Notes: a model not told the origin generated them from the sequence alone. Counted from the stretch's first letter, positions 19,930 to 32,300 are shown. The stretch: DNA of 64,000 nt from Desulfuromonadales bacterium (GCA_033549025.1 JAWSUS010000002.1:192001-256000); one strand, 5' to 3'. Numbers and translations: made by a program.

Positions 19930-21273
19930 TCAATCTTCCTCGACGATCTCGCCGATCAGGTCGTATTCGGAAGAGTCGGTGATGCGCAGGGCGACGATGT
20001 CGCCGACCTCGGCATAGCCGGCCGTGATATACACCTGCCCGTCGATATCGGGGGCCTGCCGAATGGAGCGACCGCGCAGGAGCAACTCCGTTTCCTCGCT
20101 GTAGCCCTCCACCAACACCGGCTCGACGCGCCCCTTCAGAGCGCGGTTCTTGCGGAAAGAGACCCGGCTCTGGGCCTTCATCATCTTGTTGTAGCGGGCA
20201 TTTTTGGTGCGCTCGGGCACCTGCTCCTCCATGGCGGCCGCCGCCGTCCCTTCCTCCCGCGAATAGCGAAAGACCCCCACCCGTTCAAAGTGCCCTTCGT
20301 TGACGAAATCGAGCAGGCGCTGGAACTCCTCCTCCGTCTCGCCGGGAAAACCGACGATAAACGAGGTGCGCAGGGTCACATCGGGGATGCGCTGGCGCAG
20401 GCGTTCGACCAGGCGGCGGATGCCGGCGGAGTCGATGCGGCGGTTCATCAGCCCCAGGATACGGTCGTCGAAATGCTGCAGCGGAATATCGAGGTAGTTG
20501 CAGATTTTCTCTTCGGCGGCGATAAGGTCGATGAGTTCGTCGCTCACGCCGTCGGGATAGGCATAGAGCAGCCGCAGCCAGGGGAGCTCCTCGATCTTGA
20601 CCAGCTCTCGCAGCAGGTCCTCCAGACGGGTGCCGTCGTCGCGGTCGGCGCCGTAGGCGGTAATATCCTGGGCAATGAGATTGATCTCCTTAACCCCTGA
20701 CGCCACCAGGCGGCGCACCTCGCTGACCACCGAGTCGATGCTGCGGGAACGCAGGGTGCCGCGCAGCTGGGGAATGACGCAGTAGGAACAGTAATTGGCG
20801 CAGCCCTCGGCGATCTTGACGTAGGTCGAATAAAAGGGGGAGGAGGTCACCCGGGGGGTCAGATGATCGTAGAGAAAATCCGGGGCGCTGACGGCGTACA
20901 AAGGCTCCTGGGCCGCCGAGCGCGCTTCGATCAGCTCGACGATACGGGCCGCATCGGCCGTCCCCATGAAAAGGTCGACCTCGGGCAGCTCGGCCGCCAG
21001 CTCCTCCTGGTAGCGCTGCGGCAGGCAGCCGCTCACCACCAGCAACCGGCAGCGCCCTTCCTTTTTGTAGTCGGCCACTTCCAGAATCGTCTCGATGGAC
21101 TCTTCCTTGGCGTCGTGGATGAAGGCGCAGGTATTGACGATGATGATGTCCGCCTGCGATTCGTCGGTGACGATCTCGAAGCGGTCGGCGGGAAGATGGC
21201 CGAGCATGACCTCGGCGTCGACCAGGTTTTTCGGGCAACCCAGGCTGACCAGACTGACTTTCTCTTTTTTCAA
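19930..21273 (-). CDS. rimO: ribosomal protein S12 methylthiotransferase
   Basis: [21 protein letters not shown], radical SAM motif [20 protein letters not shown] region APDIDG; TTG start. Confidence 0.96.
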   Translation of the reverse strand: MKKEKVSLVSLGCPKNLVDAEVMLGHLPADRFEIVTDESQADIIIVNTCAFIHDAKEESIETILEVADYKKEGRCRLLVVSGCLPQRYQEELAAELPEVDLFMGTADAARIVELIEARSAAQEPLYAVSAPDFLYDHLTPRVTSSPFYSTYVKIAEGCANYCSYCVIPQLRGTLRSRSIDSVVSEVRRLVASGVKEINLIAQDITAYGADRDDGTRLEDLLRELVKIEELPWLRLLYAYPDGVSDELIDLIAAEEKICNYLDIPLQHFDDRILGLMNRRIDSAGIRRLVERLRQRIPDVTLRTSFIVGFPGETEEEFQRLLDFVNEGHFERVGVFRYSREEGTAAAAMEEQVPERTKNARYNKMMKAQSRVSFRKNRALKGRVEPVLVEGYSEETELLLRGRSIRQAPDIDGQVYITAGYAEVGDIVALRITDSSEYDLIGEIVEED

Positions 21274-21339
21274 GGCGTGTATCCCGTCTCCATGTGATAG
21301 CTGTGCCGTTTTATTTTCTGCCCTGAAAAGACCCGAGCC

Positions 21340-21825
21340 CTAAGAGCGCATGTTGATGAACTGCAGTTCGACGTCGAGATCCTGCCCTTTGAGCAACTGG
21401 ATGACTTCCTGCAGATCGTCGATCTTCTTGCCGGTCACCCGGACCTGATCTTCCATGATCTGCGGCTGCACTTTGAGTTTGCTGTCCTTGATGAGCTTGA
21501 TGATCTCCTTGCCTTTTTCCTTGGAGATGCCCTGCACGATGCCGACACGCTGCCGGACAGCGCCGGCGGAGGCCGGCTCTTTCTTGCCGAAATCGAGGCA
21601 TTTGGGCGACACCTGGCGACGCACCAGCTTGCCTTTGAGAATATCGACGATGGCCTGCAGCTTGTAGTCGTCGGCGGCCAGGATGGCGATGGCCTCCTTT
21701 TCCAGCGTCACCTCGTTGGCCGACCCTTTAAAGTCGAAACGCTGGCTGATCTCCTTCACCGTCTGATTGACGGCGTTATCTACCTCCTGCATATCCACCT
21801 TGGATACGATGTCAAAACTCGGCAT
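21340..21825 (-). CDS. yajQ: YajQ family nucleotide/c-di-GMP-binding protein
   Basis: [47 protein letters not shown]. Confidence 0.97.
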   Translation of the reverse strand: MPSFDIVSKVDMQEVDNAVNQTVKEISQRFDFKGSANEVTLEKEAIAILAADDYKLQAIVDILKGKLVRRQVSPKCLDFGKKEPASAGAVRQRVGIVQGISKEKGKEIIKLIKDSKLKVQPQIMEDQVRVTGKKIDDLQEVIQLLKGQDLDVELQFINMRS

Positions 21826-21933
21826 GTGACCCTCCCTGTGGCATGAGAATAAACGTCTTAAAGAACGTCATTGAAACAGGTACTTATAGCACGTACCCGG
21901 ATGAATGAAAAGTCTCTTTCGGGGGCATCGCCC

Positions 21934-22710
21934 CTAGAAGGCTGGCCCGAACTGGTCGGGCGTCACCACTTCGACACCCTCGGGCACCTGAAAGGTAAAC
22001 CGGCCGTCGGCCAGCTTCGGGTTGATGCGCACCCCGGCAAAGGTCAGGTGGGTCCGGTTGTCGTTCGTGTCGACGATCTCCACCGTCCGCAGAGGAAAGA
22101 CCGGCTCGCCCCCCCGGCTCAGCACCGCTTCCTTGGCCACGGCCAGACGCAGGCTCTGCACCATGGCGGACGGTTTCTTCGGCGCCAGCGCCAGCAGGTA
22201 GTTGCCGTCCTGGTCCTGGCGCGGGCTGGCCCAGGACAGGGTGAAATTCTCCGACAGGTTGCCGAGCCCAGTGATGAAGGCCAGAGGATTTTCCTGGGCC
22301 TGACCGGCGCCCACCTCCGCCAGGGAGCTCTGGAGCACCTGCTGGTTCTCCGGCAGGTAAACCCAGACCGTCTCGCCATCGGAGACGATCTCCTGGCTGG
22401 AAGGCTTGGTGTAGATCCAGCGGAATCTGACCTTGGCCGGCGCCTCTTTTTCCGGCGGGACAAATTTCACCTGCATGAGGCCGCTGCCCTGCTGGCTCTG
22501 TTCGAGGGAGGCAATCATCGACTGCTGTTCAAAGGCCGCCTCGAAAGCCGTAATGGCCTGCCGCCCGCTGGAGTCGGGGCGGAAAGGGGCTTCCACGGCC
22601 TCAACCACGTGCGCCAGTTCCGGCTCCTGGGCGGGCGCCTCCCCGGCAACCTGCAGCAGAACAAGCGCGCTAAAAATCGTCAAAAAAATCTTCAGGCGGT
22701 ACCATGCCAT
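21934..22710 (-). CDS. lolA: outer-membrane lipoprotein carrier LolA-family protein
   Basis: Signal peptide; A.FEQ; FRWIY.KP..QEIVSDGETVWVYLPE..Q; F.F.VPEGVEVV. Confidence 0.85.
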   Translation of the reverse strand: MAWYRLKIFLTIFSALVLLQVAGEAPAQEPELAHVVEAVEAPFRPDSSGRQAITAFEAAFEQQSMIASLEQSQQGSGLMQVKFVPPEKEAPAKVRFRWIYTKPSSQEIVSDGETVWVYLPENQQVLQSSLAEVGAGQAQENPLAFITGLGNLSENFTLSWASPRQDQDGNYLLALAPKKPSAMVQSLRLAVAKEAVLSRGGEPVFPLRTVEIVDTNDNRTHLTFAGVRINPKLADGRFTFQVPEGVEVVTPDQFGPAF

Positions 22711-22729
22711 CGTATCAACCTCCGTGTTG

Positions 22730-23227
22730 TCAAATCAGGTAATCGGACTGGGGTCCGCACACCGTTCTCACCCGAACCTGGCCCGTCGCCAGATCGAATT
22801 CCAGCGTGCGCCCGAAATCCCCCCCCACATCCTCGCCCCGCAGGGGAATGTTCAAGGACTGCAGGGTCTGCCGGGCCTGGCGCACGTTGCGCGCCCCCAC
22901 CCTCTCCTCGGCCGACCCCGGCAGGGACGCAAACATGTGGGCGCCGCCGGCGATTCTGGCCCACAGCCGCTGCCGGTCGGCCCCCAGGGCGGTCATCTCC
23001 GCCACCATGCCCAAAATGGCACCGTCGACAAACTTGCCCGCTTTTTCCCCCGTCGACCCCGTCGGCGGGGTCGGCAACAGCGAATGGGCCAGACCGCCCA
23101 CCTTGGCTGTCGGGTCGTAAAGCACAATCCCCAGACAGGAGCCGAGACCGGGAGCCACCAACAGCAGGGGCGCTCTGGCCACGCGGCAGGCGGCGATGCC
23201 CACCTTTTCCCTGGCCGGCACCGTCAT
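22730..23227 (-). CDS. cheD: chemoreceptor glutamine deamidase CheD
   Basis: GLGSCLGIVLYD..GGLAH.LLP; AGGAHMF; VGARN; EDVGGDFGRT. Confidence 0.94.
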   Translation of the reverse strand: MTVPAREKVGIAACRVARAPLLLVAPGLGSCLGIVLYDPTAKVGGLAHSLLPTPPTGSTGEKAGKFVDGAILGMVAEMTALGADRQRLWARIAGGAHMFASLPGSAEERVGARNVRQARQTLQSLNIPLRGEDVGGDFGRTLEFDLATGQVRVRTVCGPQSDYLI

Positions 23228-23847
23228 GCCTCCCCCAGCCTGCGATTGAGGGCAGCCAGCAAAGACGGGGCGGGGAGCAGAAAAAGGTGACCGACCATGG
23301 CTTCGGTCGCTTGCGGGGCGCCGACGAATTCGGTTTCCACCATCAGGACCGTATCGCCGTCAAGGCACTGGGCAATGAGGATATCGTCCACAATGGCCCC
23401 CAGCATATCGGCCGCCAGCGAGGGGGGGGAGGGCAGCAGCGCTATCCCCAGCAGGTCGCCGAGAGCACTAAGATAAACCGAGGCCAGAATGTTGGCAAGT
23501 TCCTGCAGCGCCGATGTACCGAGCTCATCCAGAACCAGTTCCGGGCCGGGATGGGAGCGGCCCAACAGACGACTCAGCAACTGGCGGGCGCTCGCTTGAG
23601 AAAGAAGGAGCAAAAGATCGCCCCTGGCATCGCCAAGGATCTGCAGCGTCATACCGACGACAGGCGTTTCGGCGCCGCCAAGCAGTTCAGGCACCTGAGC
23701 GATATCGACCTCGGCGACGCGGGGCACCCGCAACTCGATCCGTTCGGAGAGAAGCTGCGAAAGGGCCGTAGCCCCCTGCCCCATGCCAATATGACTGATT
23801 TCCCGCAGGGCGTCGAGCTGCAGGGCGGTGAGGCCTTGGCCGTTCAT
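23224..23847 (-). CDS. cheC: CheY-P phosphatase CheC
   Basis: DALREI.HIG.G..ATALS.L and SALQELANIL.S.YL.AL motifs. Confidence 0.92.
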   Translation of the reverse strand: MNGQGLTALQLDALREISHIGMGQGATALSQLLSERIELRVPRVAEVDIAQVPELLGGAETPVVGMTLQILGDARGDLLLLLSQASARQLLSRLLGRSHPGPELVLDELGTSALQELANILASVYLSALGDLLGIALLPSPPSLAADMLGAIVDDILIAQCLDGDTVLMVETEFVGAPQATEAMVGHLFLLPAPSLLAALNRRLGEA

Positions 23848-25751
23848 CGGGAGACCCCAGGCGACTGGACATTGGGCGACTTGTAGCGCTCCTCCAGCAT
23901 GGCGGCAGGATCGATGATAAAGACGACGCGGCCGTCACCCAGCACGGTGGCGCCACTGACGCCGACAAGGTGGTCAAGGGGAAAGCTGAGGCTCTGGACG
24001 AAAACCTGGCGGTGGCCAGCCAGCTTGTCGACGACCAGGCCGACCCGCCGCCCGCGAATTTCCGTCAACACGACCGGAATGGACCCCGAAAAGGGCCGAG
24101 CCGGCAATCCGAGCATCTTGCGCAGGGACAACAGCGGCACCTCTTCCTCAATGGGTTCTTCTCCCCCAAAATCCTCGACCAGACGGATGACTTTCTGGCG
24201 ACCGGATGAGAGGATTTCCTCGGCCGTGACCTCGAGGGGGCGCTGCACCCGGGTAACCGGAATGCCCACGAGCTGTTCCTGGCAGCGGACGAGAAGGATA
24301 TGAATGATGGCTACCGACAGAGGCAGTTTGAGCAGAAAGCGCGTCCCCTGGCCGCGGCTACTGAAAATTTCCAGGGTGCCGCCGAGGTTTTCCACCGCCG
24401 ACTTGACCACGTCCATGCCGACGCCTCGCCCCGAGGTCTCCGTGACCGCCGAGGCCGTGGAAAAGCCGGGAGAGCAGATAAGCTGCAAGGCGTCAGCATC
24501 GCGCATGCCCCGCGCCTGAGCAGGGGAAAGGAGACCCTTTTCCACCGCGCGGCGCCGCAGAGCTTCGGGATCCATGCCGCGACCATTGTCGGCAACCTCC
24601 ACCAGGGCCAGATCTTTGTCGCGCCAGGCCGCCACCCTGACTTCTCCGGCTGTTTCAATACCGTGATCCACGGCATTGCGCACCATGTGCACGAGGGGAT
24701 CGGCCATCGCTTCCAGAATGGCCCGGTCCAGTTCGATATTTTCGCCGGCCAGCTGCAGGGATACTTTTTTCCCCGTACTGCGGGCCAGGTCTCTGACCAG
24801 ACGAGGTAGCCGGCCCGTGATGCTCTCCAGCGGCATCATGCGTACCTGCAGCACGTCATGGTAAAGCTCGGAGATCAATCGGTTGAGCTCATCCAACCCG
24901 TCCCTGAGACCGTCCCTGTCTTCTGCCTGGGAGGCGGAAAAAAGCTGATAGCGGTTGGTTATGAGCTCCCCCGTCAACTGGATGAACCGATCAAGCAGAT
25001 CGGTACGTACCCGGACGCTGCGGGCCGCCTCCGGCTTCTGCCTTTCCGGGGCCGGCGCCCGGGGCGACGGTTCGACCGCGGCTGGCGCCTTGGATTGCGA
25101 CGCCATCCCCGCCGGCCTGATGGCGACGCGGCTGACATCCCGGTTGCGTAGCAGGGCCGCGCGCAGATCGTCTGGCGCCAGTTCCGTATCCAGCAGCACG
25201 TGCAGACGCCGCAGCGCCCCCCCCTGACGCAGGGTGGAGGCCGTCGGCTTGCTGGCCAGCACGGTGCCGACGCTGGCCAGTTCTTTCAGCAGCAGCATCG
25301 CCCGGATGGCCGGCATTTCCGTATCCTGAGTCAGTTCGATTGCGACCTGCATCCCCTGCAGGGGTACGGAGAGGCCGCCGGGGCTGGCGGGAGCCTGGGG
25401 GGAGGCCAGAAAATCGGCCACCGGTCGCTCTGGCCGGGAAGCCTTCAGGTCCTCCAGCAACTTCTCCAGCCGATCCAGCCCGGCCATCAGGCGATCGACG
25501 GCTTCGACGGGCACCTGCCCGCTCTGCCGGAAACCGGCCAGATAGTCTTCCAGATGGTGAGCCAGCTTGGTCGTTTGCTCGTACCCCATGGAAGCGGCCA
25601 TCCCTTTGATGGAATGCGCCTCGCGGAAGAGGGCGTCGATCCCGGCCCGGTCGGCGGGATCCGCCTCCAGGGCGACAATCAGCTGTCCCATTTTCTCGAG
25701 ATGCTCGGCCGTTTCGCTCAGAAACATCTCTTTGTATTTTGACATATCCAT
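23844..25751 (-). CDS. cheA: chemotaxis histidine kinase CheA
   Basis: HPt LFREAHSIKGMAASMG; HMVRNAVDHGIE; DNGRGMD; SGRGVGMDVV; C-terminal CheW domain. Confidence 0.97.
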   Translation of the reverse strand: MDMSKYKEMFLSETAEHLEKMGQLIVALEADPADRAGIDALFREAHSIKGMAASMGYEQTTKLAHHLEDYLAGFRQSGQVPVEAVDRLMAGLDRLEKLLEDLKASRPERPVADFLASPQAPASPGGLSVPLQGMQVAIELTQDTEMPAIRAMLLLKELASVGTVLASKPTASTLRQGGALRRLHVLLDTELAPDDLRAALLRNRDVSRVAIRPAGMASQSKAPAAVEPSPRAPAPERQKPEAARSVRVRTDLLDRFIQLTGELITNRYQLFSASQAEDRDGLRDGLDELNRLISELYHDVLQVRMMPLESITGRLPRLVRDLARSTGKKVSLQLAGENIELDRAILEAMADPLVHMVRNAVDHGIETAGEVRVAAWRDKDLALVEVADNGRGMDPEALRRRAVEKGLLSPAQARGMRDADALQLICSPGFSTASAVTETSGRGVGMDVVKSAVENLGGTLEIFSSRGQGTRFLLKLPLSVAIIHILLVRCQEQLVGIPVTRVQRPLEVTAEEILSSGRQKVIRLVEDFGGEEPIEEEVPLLSLRKMLGLPARPFSGSIPVVLTEIRGRRVGLVVDKLAGHRQVFVQSLSFPLDHLVGVSGATVLGDGRVVFIIDPAAMLEERYKSPNVQSPGVSR

Positions 25752-25774
25752 GTCAGTACCCGAAAAAGACCCGG

Positions 25775-26149
25775 TTAGCCGCCTGTGGCGGCAGTCAGCC
25801 GGTTCGCGACCTCAAGCACCCGCTCGGCCTTGAACGGCTTGACGATAAAGTCCCTGGCCCCCGCCTCTACGGCTTCGGCCATCAGGGTCTCCTGCCCGAG
25901 GGCGCTGCACATGACGACCTGCGCCTGCGGGTGAAAGCTCAGAATATCCTTGAGCGCCTCGATGCCGCCGCGCTGGGGCATGACGATATCCATGGTCACC
26001 AGGTCGGGACGGAGCGTGCGGTATCGTTCCACCGCCTCCTCGCCGTTGGCGGCTTCGCCGACCACCTCATGCCCTGCCTCCATGAATATCCCGCGCAGCA
26101 TGTTGCGCATGAACAGGGCGTCGTCGACGATGAGGATTCTCAGCCCCAT
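25775..26149 (-). CDS. cheY: response regulator CheY
   Basis: ILIVDDALFMR..PDLVTMDIVMP..MCSALGQ..DFIVKPF; start ATG 26149 with AGGAGG. Confidence 0.94.
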   Translation of the reverse strand: MGLRILIVDDALFMRNMLRGIFMEAGHEVVGEAANGEEAVERYRTLRPDLVTMDIVMPQRGGIEALKDILSFHPQAQVVMCSALGQETLMAEAVEAGARDFIVKPFKAERVLEVANRLTAATGG

Positions 26150-26598
26150 AATGTCCTCCTGTCTGGCGCTCTGGATTCCCCCAGACCGCTTACCAGCTTT
26201 TCCACATTGAGCAGGCACAGCTCCCTGTCTTCATGCTCCACCCGGCAACGAATATAGCCTTCTTCCTCCGTCGCGGGTGCTTCGGGAATGGTCTCGGCTT
26301 CGAGCAGAACGAGCCCTTCAATGCCCTCCACCGTAAACCCCAGTACACACAAATCCGGATGGAGCACGACAACCCGCTTGTCGCGCTGGTCACTGCCAGA
26401 GTCGATCAGGGCCGGCAGGTCCAGCACGGGGACGACCTTGCCGTGAAAATTGATGGCGCCGGCATACGGGAAGCCCGCCCGGGGGATAAAATAGAATTCG
26501 GGGGCCTTGACCACTTCCTGGATCTGGGCTACCTCCACCCCGTACAACCGGCCGCCGAGTGAAAAGGTGAGTATCTGTTCGAAATTCCCTTCGCTCAT
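26140..26598 (-). CDS. cheW: coupling protein CheW
   Basis: LTFSLGG..YGV....IQEVV..IP....[15 protein letters not shown]. Confidence 0.9.
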   Translation of the reverse strand: MSEGNFEQILTFSLGGRLYGVEVAQIQEVVKAPEFYFIPRAGFPYAGAINFHGKVVPVLDLPALIDSGSDQRDKRVVVLHPDLCVLGFTVEGIEGLVLLEAETIPEAPATEEEGYIRCRVEHEDRELCLLNVEKLVSGLGESRAPDRRTLWG

Positions 26599-27866
26599 TC
26601 CCGTTCCGCCCCGATGTGGAATTGATCGACGGCCTGCATCAGGGAATCCGCCAGGGCCGAGAGTTCCTGGGCCGCATGGGACATTTCCTCCATGGCGGCG
26701 GACTGTTCCTGGGTCACGGCGGACACCTCCTCGGTGGAGGCGGCGTTATCCGTCACGACCCGGGAAATCTCGTCGATGGTCCGCACGATGCTGCTGGCGC
26801 CTTCGGCCTGCTTCACCGCCAGCTCGGCAATGCTCGAAGCCTTGGTCTTGGTCTGAAGCGCCGTCTCGATAATCTCCTCAAAGGCGCTCCCCGTCACATC
26901 CACGGCTTCATGGCCGGCGGCCATCTCACGGATGGTCTCCTTCATGGCGCCCTGCACCTTTTCGCTTTCAGCCTGAATCCCTTCGACCAGCGAGGTGATC
27001 TCGCCGGCCGAGCGCGCCGTCGAGTCAGCCAGCTTGCTGATTTCCTGGGCTACCACCGCAAAGCCCCGCCCCGACTCGCCCGCCCGCGCCGCTTCGATGG
27101 AGGCGTTGAGGGCCAAAAGGTTGGTCTTTTCGGCAATGTTGGTGATCACCTCGACAATCTTTTCGATCTTCTGCAGCCGCAGGCCAAAAGAGAAGAGCTG
27201 ATCCCCGCCTTTTTCCACATCGCCCAGCACCTTCTTCATCCTCTCCATGGTCGAGCGGGCCGTCTGGCCGCCTTTTTGGGCCGTGGTCGCCGTTTCGGTG
27301 GCGGAGGAAGCGACCTTCTGGGCCGAAGCGGCGACCAGGTCGATGGACAGGGCTACCTCGCGGATCAGGCTTGAGGCCTTTTCCACCATCTCCGCCTGGG
27401 TCTCGGCGCCGCCGCTGATCTGCTCCACGGCGTTGGCGACCTCATGGGCCGAGGCCGTCATCTCCTCGGAAGTCGCCGTCAGTCCCTGGGCCGCATCGTT
27501 GACCTGCAGGGAGGTCGCCCGAATCTGCGTCACCAGTTGCCGCAGGCTTTCGCCCACCCGGTTCAGCGAGGCGGCCAAATCGGCTGTTTCATCTTCCAGG
27601 AAGCTCGGCGGTACCTTGACGGCCCGTGAAAAATCGCCCTGGCTGAAACGTTCAGCCCCCGCATTGAGCTGGCGGATATTGGTGCTGAAGGCCTTGGAGA
27701 AAAACCAGCCGATCACCAAGCCGACCAGCAGCGCGCAGACGGTGGTGAAAAGCTGCTGCCACTGGGGGTCGACCCCCAGGTAGGGGACGATATAGGGGAC
27801 AGCCACCGTTGAGGCAATGACGATGATGAACCCGATGACGAATTTGTAGGTGATCTCTACCCGCAT
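26595..27866 (-). CDS. methyl-accepting chemotaxis protein without a periplasmic sensor domain (DifA-like)
   Basis: Two adjacent TM helices, HAMP domain, hairpin tip [30 protein letters not shown]; start ATG 27866 with AAGGAG. Confidence 0.93.
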   Translation of the reverse strand: MRVEITYKFVIGFIIVIASTVAVPYIVPYLGVDPQWQQLFTTVCALLVGLVIGWFFSKAFSTNIRQLNAGAERFSQGDFSRAVKVPPSFLEDETADLAASLNRVGESLRQLVTQIRATSLQVNDAAQGLTATSEEMTASAHEVANAVEQISGGAETQAEMVEKASSLIREVALSIDLVAASAQKVASSATETATTAQKGGQTARSTMERMKKVLGDVEKGGDQLFSFGLRLQKIEKIVEVITNIAEKTNLLALNASIEAARAGESGRGFAVVAQEISKLADSTARSAGEITSLVEGIQAESEKVQGAMKETIREMAAGHEAVDVTGSAFEEIIETALQTKTKASSIAELAVKQAEGASSIVRTIDEISRVVTDNAASTEEVSAVTQEQSAAMEEMSHAAQELSALADSLMQAVDQFHIGAERE

Positions 27867-27900
27867 CGATGCGCTCCTTTGCAAAGACTGACACTGTTCT

Positions 27901-28761
27901 TCATATCAAAGAGGCCTTGCGCCTGTAAATACGCTCGCTTAAACTTTCCGGTTCGAAGCAGTTCCGACTCTTTCCCAGCAGGGTCTCGGACTTTCCCAGC
28001 ACCAGCACCCCGCCGGGGGGCAGGCTGTCGGCAAAACGCAGGAGAATTTTCTCCTGCTCCTCACGGGAAAAGTAAATGAGGACGTTGCGGCACATGATCA
28101 GATCGACCTTGGGACAGGCGGAATCGGCCAGGATGTTGTGATGGCGGAAGGAAACCAGCCGCCGGAAAGGCTCGCGCAGACGGTACTGCCCCCCCGCCGG
28201 TTCGAAGCATTGCTCACGCAGGGCTGCGGGAACCTCCGCCAGGCGCTGGGCATCGAAGATTCCCTGACGCGCCCGCTCAAGAACCGCCTCACTGACGTCC
28301 GTGCCGAGAATCCGTGCCCTCATTCCTTCCTTCAGGAGTCCAGCCAGCAGGATGGCCAGCGAATAGGGCTCCTCGCCGCCGGCACACCCCACGCTCCACA
28401 GGCGCAGCTCCCGGCGCCCCGGCGCGGCAGGTGACGCCAGCAGATCGGGCAGCACCTTCTTTTCCAGCAGGACGAAGGTGCTGGGATTGCGGAAAAATTG
28501 TGACACATGAATGGTCAGGGCCGCCAGGAGGGTGTCCGCCTCTTCCGGTTGGCGGCGGAGCAGGTCGAGATAGGCCGCAGCGTTATCAAACCCCCGAGCC
28601 CGCACCCGGGTGGCGATGCGCCGCTTGATGCATTGATCCTTGTACATCTCCAGGTTGAAGCCCCGTGTTTCCCGTAGAAAATCCGTCAGCTCGGCAAATT
28701 CCCGCTCCGGGAACTCACTGCCGACAAAAGGCGTTTTCCGCTTGGAGAGGCCGTTTTCCAC
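27901..28761 (-). CDS. cheR: chemoreceptor methyltransferase CheR
   Basis: [42 protein letters not shown]. Confidence 0.95.
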   Translation of the reverse strand: MENGLSKRKTPFVGSEFPEREFAELTDFLRETRGFNLEMYKDQCIKRRIATRVRARGFDNAAAYLDLLRRQPEEADTLLAALTIHVSQFFRNPSTFVLLEKKVLPDLLASPAAPGRRELRLWSVGCAGGEEPYSLAILLAGLLKEGMRARILGTDVSEAVLERARQGIFDAQRLAEVPAALREQCFEPAGGQYRLREPFRRLVSFRHHNILADSACPKVDLIMCRNVLIYFSREEQEKILLRFADSLPPGGVLVLGKSETLLGKSRNCFEPESLSERIYRRKASLI

Positions 28762-28795
28762 AGAGATCCTTGCTTTGTCCCTCAGGCTGAAACCC

Positions 28796-29779
28796 TCAGG
28801 AAAAGTGATTATAGCCCTTGGGGCTGCCGGTCGTCATCTCGCCGGAGCCGTTTCGAATTCGGAGACCATCAGCGGCCAGGTCGATTTGCCCGATACGGGT
28901 CAGGTCCAGATTGAACTGGCGCGAAAGTTCGAGCAGACGGCCTTCCCGGCTGGCCGGCACCGTGAACAGCAGTTCGTAATCCTCGCCGCCGGCCAAAGCC
29001 AGTTCCAGCGAGGCCTGTCCCTGGGAGAGGGCCGCCTGAAAATCGGCGGAAAGGGGCAGAGCGGCCGCATCGATGCTGGCGCCGACTCGGGAGGCGGCCA
29101 GAATGTGGCCGAGATCGGCCAGCAAGCCGTCGGACAGGTCGATCATGGCCGAAGGGACGCCGGCAGCCGCCAGCGCCCGGCCCAGTTCGGCCCGGGCCCG
29201 CGGATCGTGATGACGCGCCGCCAGATGAGAAGAGAGGGGTTGCCCCTGTTGCAGAAGCTGCAGGGCGAGAGCGCTGTCGCCCAGGGTGCCGGAGACGTAG
29301 ACGGCATCGCCGGGACAGGCACCGCTGCGGCGGAGCATCTGCTCGGTCGGCACGTTCCCCTGCACCGTCACCGATACGATCAGGGGGCCGGGGGAGCGAC
29401 AGGTATCGCCGCCGATAAGTCGTACCCCGTAGTCGCGGGCTGCCGCCAGAAAACCGTCGACAAAGGCGTCGAGCTCTTCCACTCTCAGGGTCGGCGCCAC
29501 CGCCAGCCCCAGAAAAAGATACGCGGGATTGCCCCCCATGGCCGCCACATCGCTGACATTGACGGAGACGCTCTTGCGCCCCAGGCGGTAGAGGTCCGTC
29601 CAGTCCAGGCGGAAATGCACGCCTTCGATGAGCAGATCCTTGCTGGTAAGCAAAAGCTGACCGTCACGCACCTCGACGGCGGCGCAGTCATCCCCGATAG
29701 CCAGGTGCACCCCCGCCCCGCCGGCCCGCTGCCGGATCCGTTCGATGAAACCGAACTCACCGATCTCAGACAGTTTCAT
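28796..29779 (-). CDS. thiL: thiamine-monophosphate kinase
   Basis: [55 protein letters not shown]. Confidence 0.96.
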   Translation of the reverse strand: MKLSEIGEFGFIERIRQRAGGAGVHLAIGDDCAAVEVRDGQLLLTSKDLLIEGVHFRLDWTDLYRLGRKSVSVNVSDVAAMGGNPAYLFLGLAVAPTLRVEELDAFVDGFLAAARDYGVRLIGGDTCRSPGPLIVSVTVQGNVPTEQMLRRSGACPGDAVYVSGTLGDSALALQLLQQGQPLSSHLAARHHDPRARAELGRALAAAGVPSAMIDLSDGLLADLGHILAASRVGASIDAAALPLSADFQAALSQGQASLELALAGGEDYELLFTVPASREGRLLELSRQFNLDLTRIGQIDLAADGLRIRNGSGEMTTGSPKGYNHFS

Positions 29780-32123
29780 GACGCCCTTCCAATGCCACCT
29801 TCAGCACATCGTCCATGGTCTCGGCCAGAACAAAGTCTACCTTTTTACGCAGATGGGGGGGAATATCCACCAGGTCCTTTTCATTGCGGCGGGGGATGAT
29901 CACCGTCTTGATGCCGGCCCGCACAGCCGCCAGGGCCTTTTCCTTCAGGCCGCCGATGGGCAGAACATGGCCACGCAGCGTCAGCTCACCGGTCATGGCC
30001 ACATCCTGCCGCACGGGAATTTCCGCCAGGGCCGAGATGATAGCCGTGGCCATGGTGATGCCGGCGCTGGGGCCATCCTTGGGAATGGCGCCGGCCGGCA
30101 CGTGGACGTGGATATCCTTCTTTTCGAGAAAATCCTCCGCGATGCCGAGGGCGGCGGCGCGGGTACGGGTGTAGGACAGGGCCGCCTGGGCGCTCTCCTT
30201 CATAACCTCGCCGAGTTGCCCGGTCAGGGACAGCTGCCCCTTCCCTTTCATGGTGCTGGCCTCGACACTGAGGATCTCCCCCCCGACCTGGGTCCAGGCC
30301 AGGCCGGTGGCCACGCCGATCTCGCTCTCCCCCCGCGTCTCCTCCGGCAGAAACCTGGGCGGTCCCAGAAAACGGCTGACGGTGCCGGCGGTGACCTTCA
30401 CCGACTTCTTGCGCCCCCCTTCGGCGAAGCGGCGGGCGATCTTGCGGCAGATACTGCCCAGTTCGCGCTCAAGGTTGCGCAGCCCCGCCTCGGCCGTGTA
30501 CTCAGCGATGACCTTCTGCAGAGCCTGCCGGGTAAATTCAGCGTCGCCCGGACGCAGACCATTGGCCTCCAGCTGGCGAGGCACCAGGTACTTCTCGGCG
30601 ATGAACAGCTTCTCCTCCAGGTCGTAGCCGGCCAGGCGGATGACCTCCATGCGGTCTTTGAGGGCCGAAGGGATAGGATCCATCACATTGGCGGTGGCGA
30701 TGAACATGACGTTGGAAAGGTCGAAGGGCAGATTGATGTAGTGATCGGAAAAAGCATGGTTCTGTTCGGGATCGAGCAGTTCCAGCAGAGCCGAGGAAGG
30801 GTCGCCCCGGAAATCGGCCCCGAGCTTGTCCAGCTCGTCGAGCATGAATACCGGATTGTTGGTGCCGGCCTGCTTGATTCCCTGAATGATGCGCCCGGGC
30901 AAGGCGCCGACGTAGGTGCGCCGATGACCACGGATTTCCGCCTCGTCGCGCACGCCCCCCAGGGAGATGCGCACGAACTGCCGGCCCAGGGCCCGGGCGA
31001 TGGACTTGCCCAGACTGGTCTTGCCGACGCCGGGAGGGCCGACAAAGCAGAGCACGGGTCCCTTCAGGTTCCGGTTGAGTTTGCGTACGGCCAAAAACTC
31101 CAGAATCCGGTCCTTGACCTTTTCCAGATCGTAATGGTCTTCGTCCAGAATCTTGCGGGCCCGCTTCAAATCGAGCTTGTCACGGGTGCCATGGCTCCAG
31201 GGCAGATCGGCGAGCCACTCCAGGTACGTCAGCAGCATGGAGTACTCGGCGGCTTCGGGATGCATGGTCTCCAGGCGGCGCAGCTGCTTTTCCGCTTCGG
31301 CCAGGGAGGCAGCCGGCAGACCCGCCTCGGCCAGGCGACTGCGCAGCTCGGCCACATCCTCCGAGCGCTGATCGTTCTCGCCGAGCTCGGCCTGGATGGC
31401 GCGCATCTGTTCCCGCAAATAATATTCCCGCTGCGACTTGCTGACCTCCTCCTTGACCTGGCTCTGGATGCGCTCCTGCATGGTCAGCAGTTCCACTTCC
31501 CGGTCGAGAAGGGATTTGACCTTCTCCAGCCGCTGGAGGGGATCGAGTATCTCCAGGGTCTCCTGGGTTTCGGCGACCTTCAGCCCGAGGTTGCTGACCA
31601 CGAGATCGGCGAGGTTGCCGGGATCATCCACATTTTCCAGCACCACCGGAATCTCGGGAGGCAGACTCTTACCCAGGCTCATGGCTCTGGTCAGAGAATC
31701 GCGCACCGCGCGCATCAGCGCCTCGATCTCCAAAACCACCTTGACCGTCGGTTCAGGCGTCCTTTCCACCTGGACCAGAAGGAAGGGATCATCCTGCAAA
31801 ATATCGAGAGTCCGGGCCCGGGAAACCCCCTGAACGAGCACCTTGACACGACCATCCGGCAGCTTGAGCATGCGCATGATCATGGCCACCGTCCCTACGC
31901 CGTAAATATCCTCAACCGCCGGGTCCTCGGCCTCGTCGTCCTTCTGCGTCGCCAGAAAAATCAGGCGGTCACGGGCAAGGGCGGCGTCCACCGCCGCTAT
32001 GGACTTGGGACGGCCGACAAAGAGGGGAACAACCATGTGGGGAAAGACCACCACATCGCGCACCGGCAACAGGGGTAGATCTTCAAAGGTAACTTTATCC
32101 TTCTTTTTTACTTTTTTTACCAA
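29766..32123 (-). CDS. lon: ATP-dependent Lon protease
   Basis: [13 protein letters not shown]; Walker [10 protein letters not shown]; catalytic KDGPSAG and IGGLKEK. Start set at TTG 32123 with GGAGG. Confidence 0.96.
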   Translation of the reverse strand: MVKKVKKKDKVTFEDLPLLPVRDVVVFPHMVVPLFVGRPKSIAAVDAALARDRLIFLATQKDDEAEDPAVEDIYGVGTVAMIMRMLKLPDGRVKVLVQGVSRARTLDILQDDPFLLVQVERTPEPTVKVVLEIEALMRAVRDSLTRAMSLGKSLPPEIPVVLENVDDPGNLADLVVSNLGLKVAETQETLEILDPLQRLEKVKSLLDREVELLTMQERIQSQVKEEVSKSQREYYLREQMRAIQAELGENDQRSEDVAELRSRLAEAGLPAASLAEAEKQLRRLETMHPEAAEYSMLLTYLEWLADLPWSHGTRDKLDLKRARKILDEDHYDLEKVKDRILEFLAVRKLNRNLKGPVLCFVGPPGVGKTSLGKSIARALGRQFVRISLGGVRDEAEIRGHRRTYVGALPGRIIQGIKQAGTNNPVFMLDELDKLGADFRGDPSSALLELLDPEQNHAFSDHYINLPFDLSNVMFIATANVMDPIPSALKDRMEVIRLAGYDLEEKLFIAEKYLVPRQLEANGLRPGDAEFTRQALQKVIAEYTAEAGLRNLERELGSICRKIARRFAEGGRKKSVKVTAGTVSRFLGPPRFLPEETRGESEIGVATGLAWTQVGGEILSVEASTMKGKGQLSLTGQLGEVMKESAQAALSYTRTRAAALGIAEDFLEKKDIHVHVPAGAIPKDGPSAGITMATAIISALAEIPVRQDVAMTGELTLRGHVLPIGGLKEKALAAVRAGIKTVIIPRRNEKDLVDIPPHLRKKVDFVLAETMDDVLKVALEGRHETV

Positions 32124-32260
32124 CAGGACCTCCGCGGCCTCACGCCGTTTCACCAGGCTTTTCAACAGGAAACGCCCTGATGCGCCAAGATACAAAATCC
32201 ACCGGGCAAAGTCCAGAAACTAACCGCCGGGGCTACCCCGCCGAGCCAAAGGATAAGGTC

Positions 32261-32300
32261 GAAAAAGACGAAGGGCGACCCCTTGAGGTCGCCCTTCGTT
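32261..32300 (-). terminator. intrinsic terminator of pckA
   Basis: Minus strand ACGAAGGGCGACC-TCAAGG-GGTCGCCCTTCGT-CTTTTT. Confidence 0.88.

Noticed and set aside
21871..23886. 671-aa plus-strand ORF spanning lolA-cheD-cheC
   Set aside because: Low-complexity antisense frame across three real genes.
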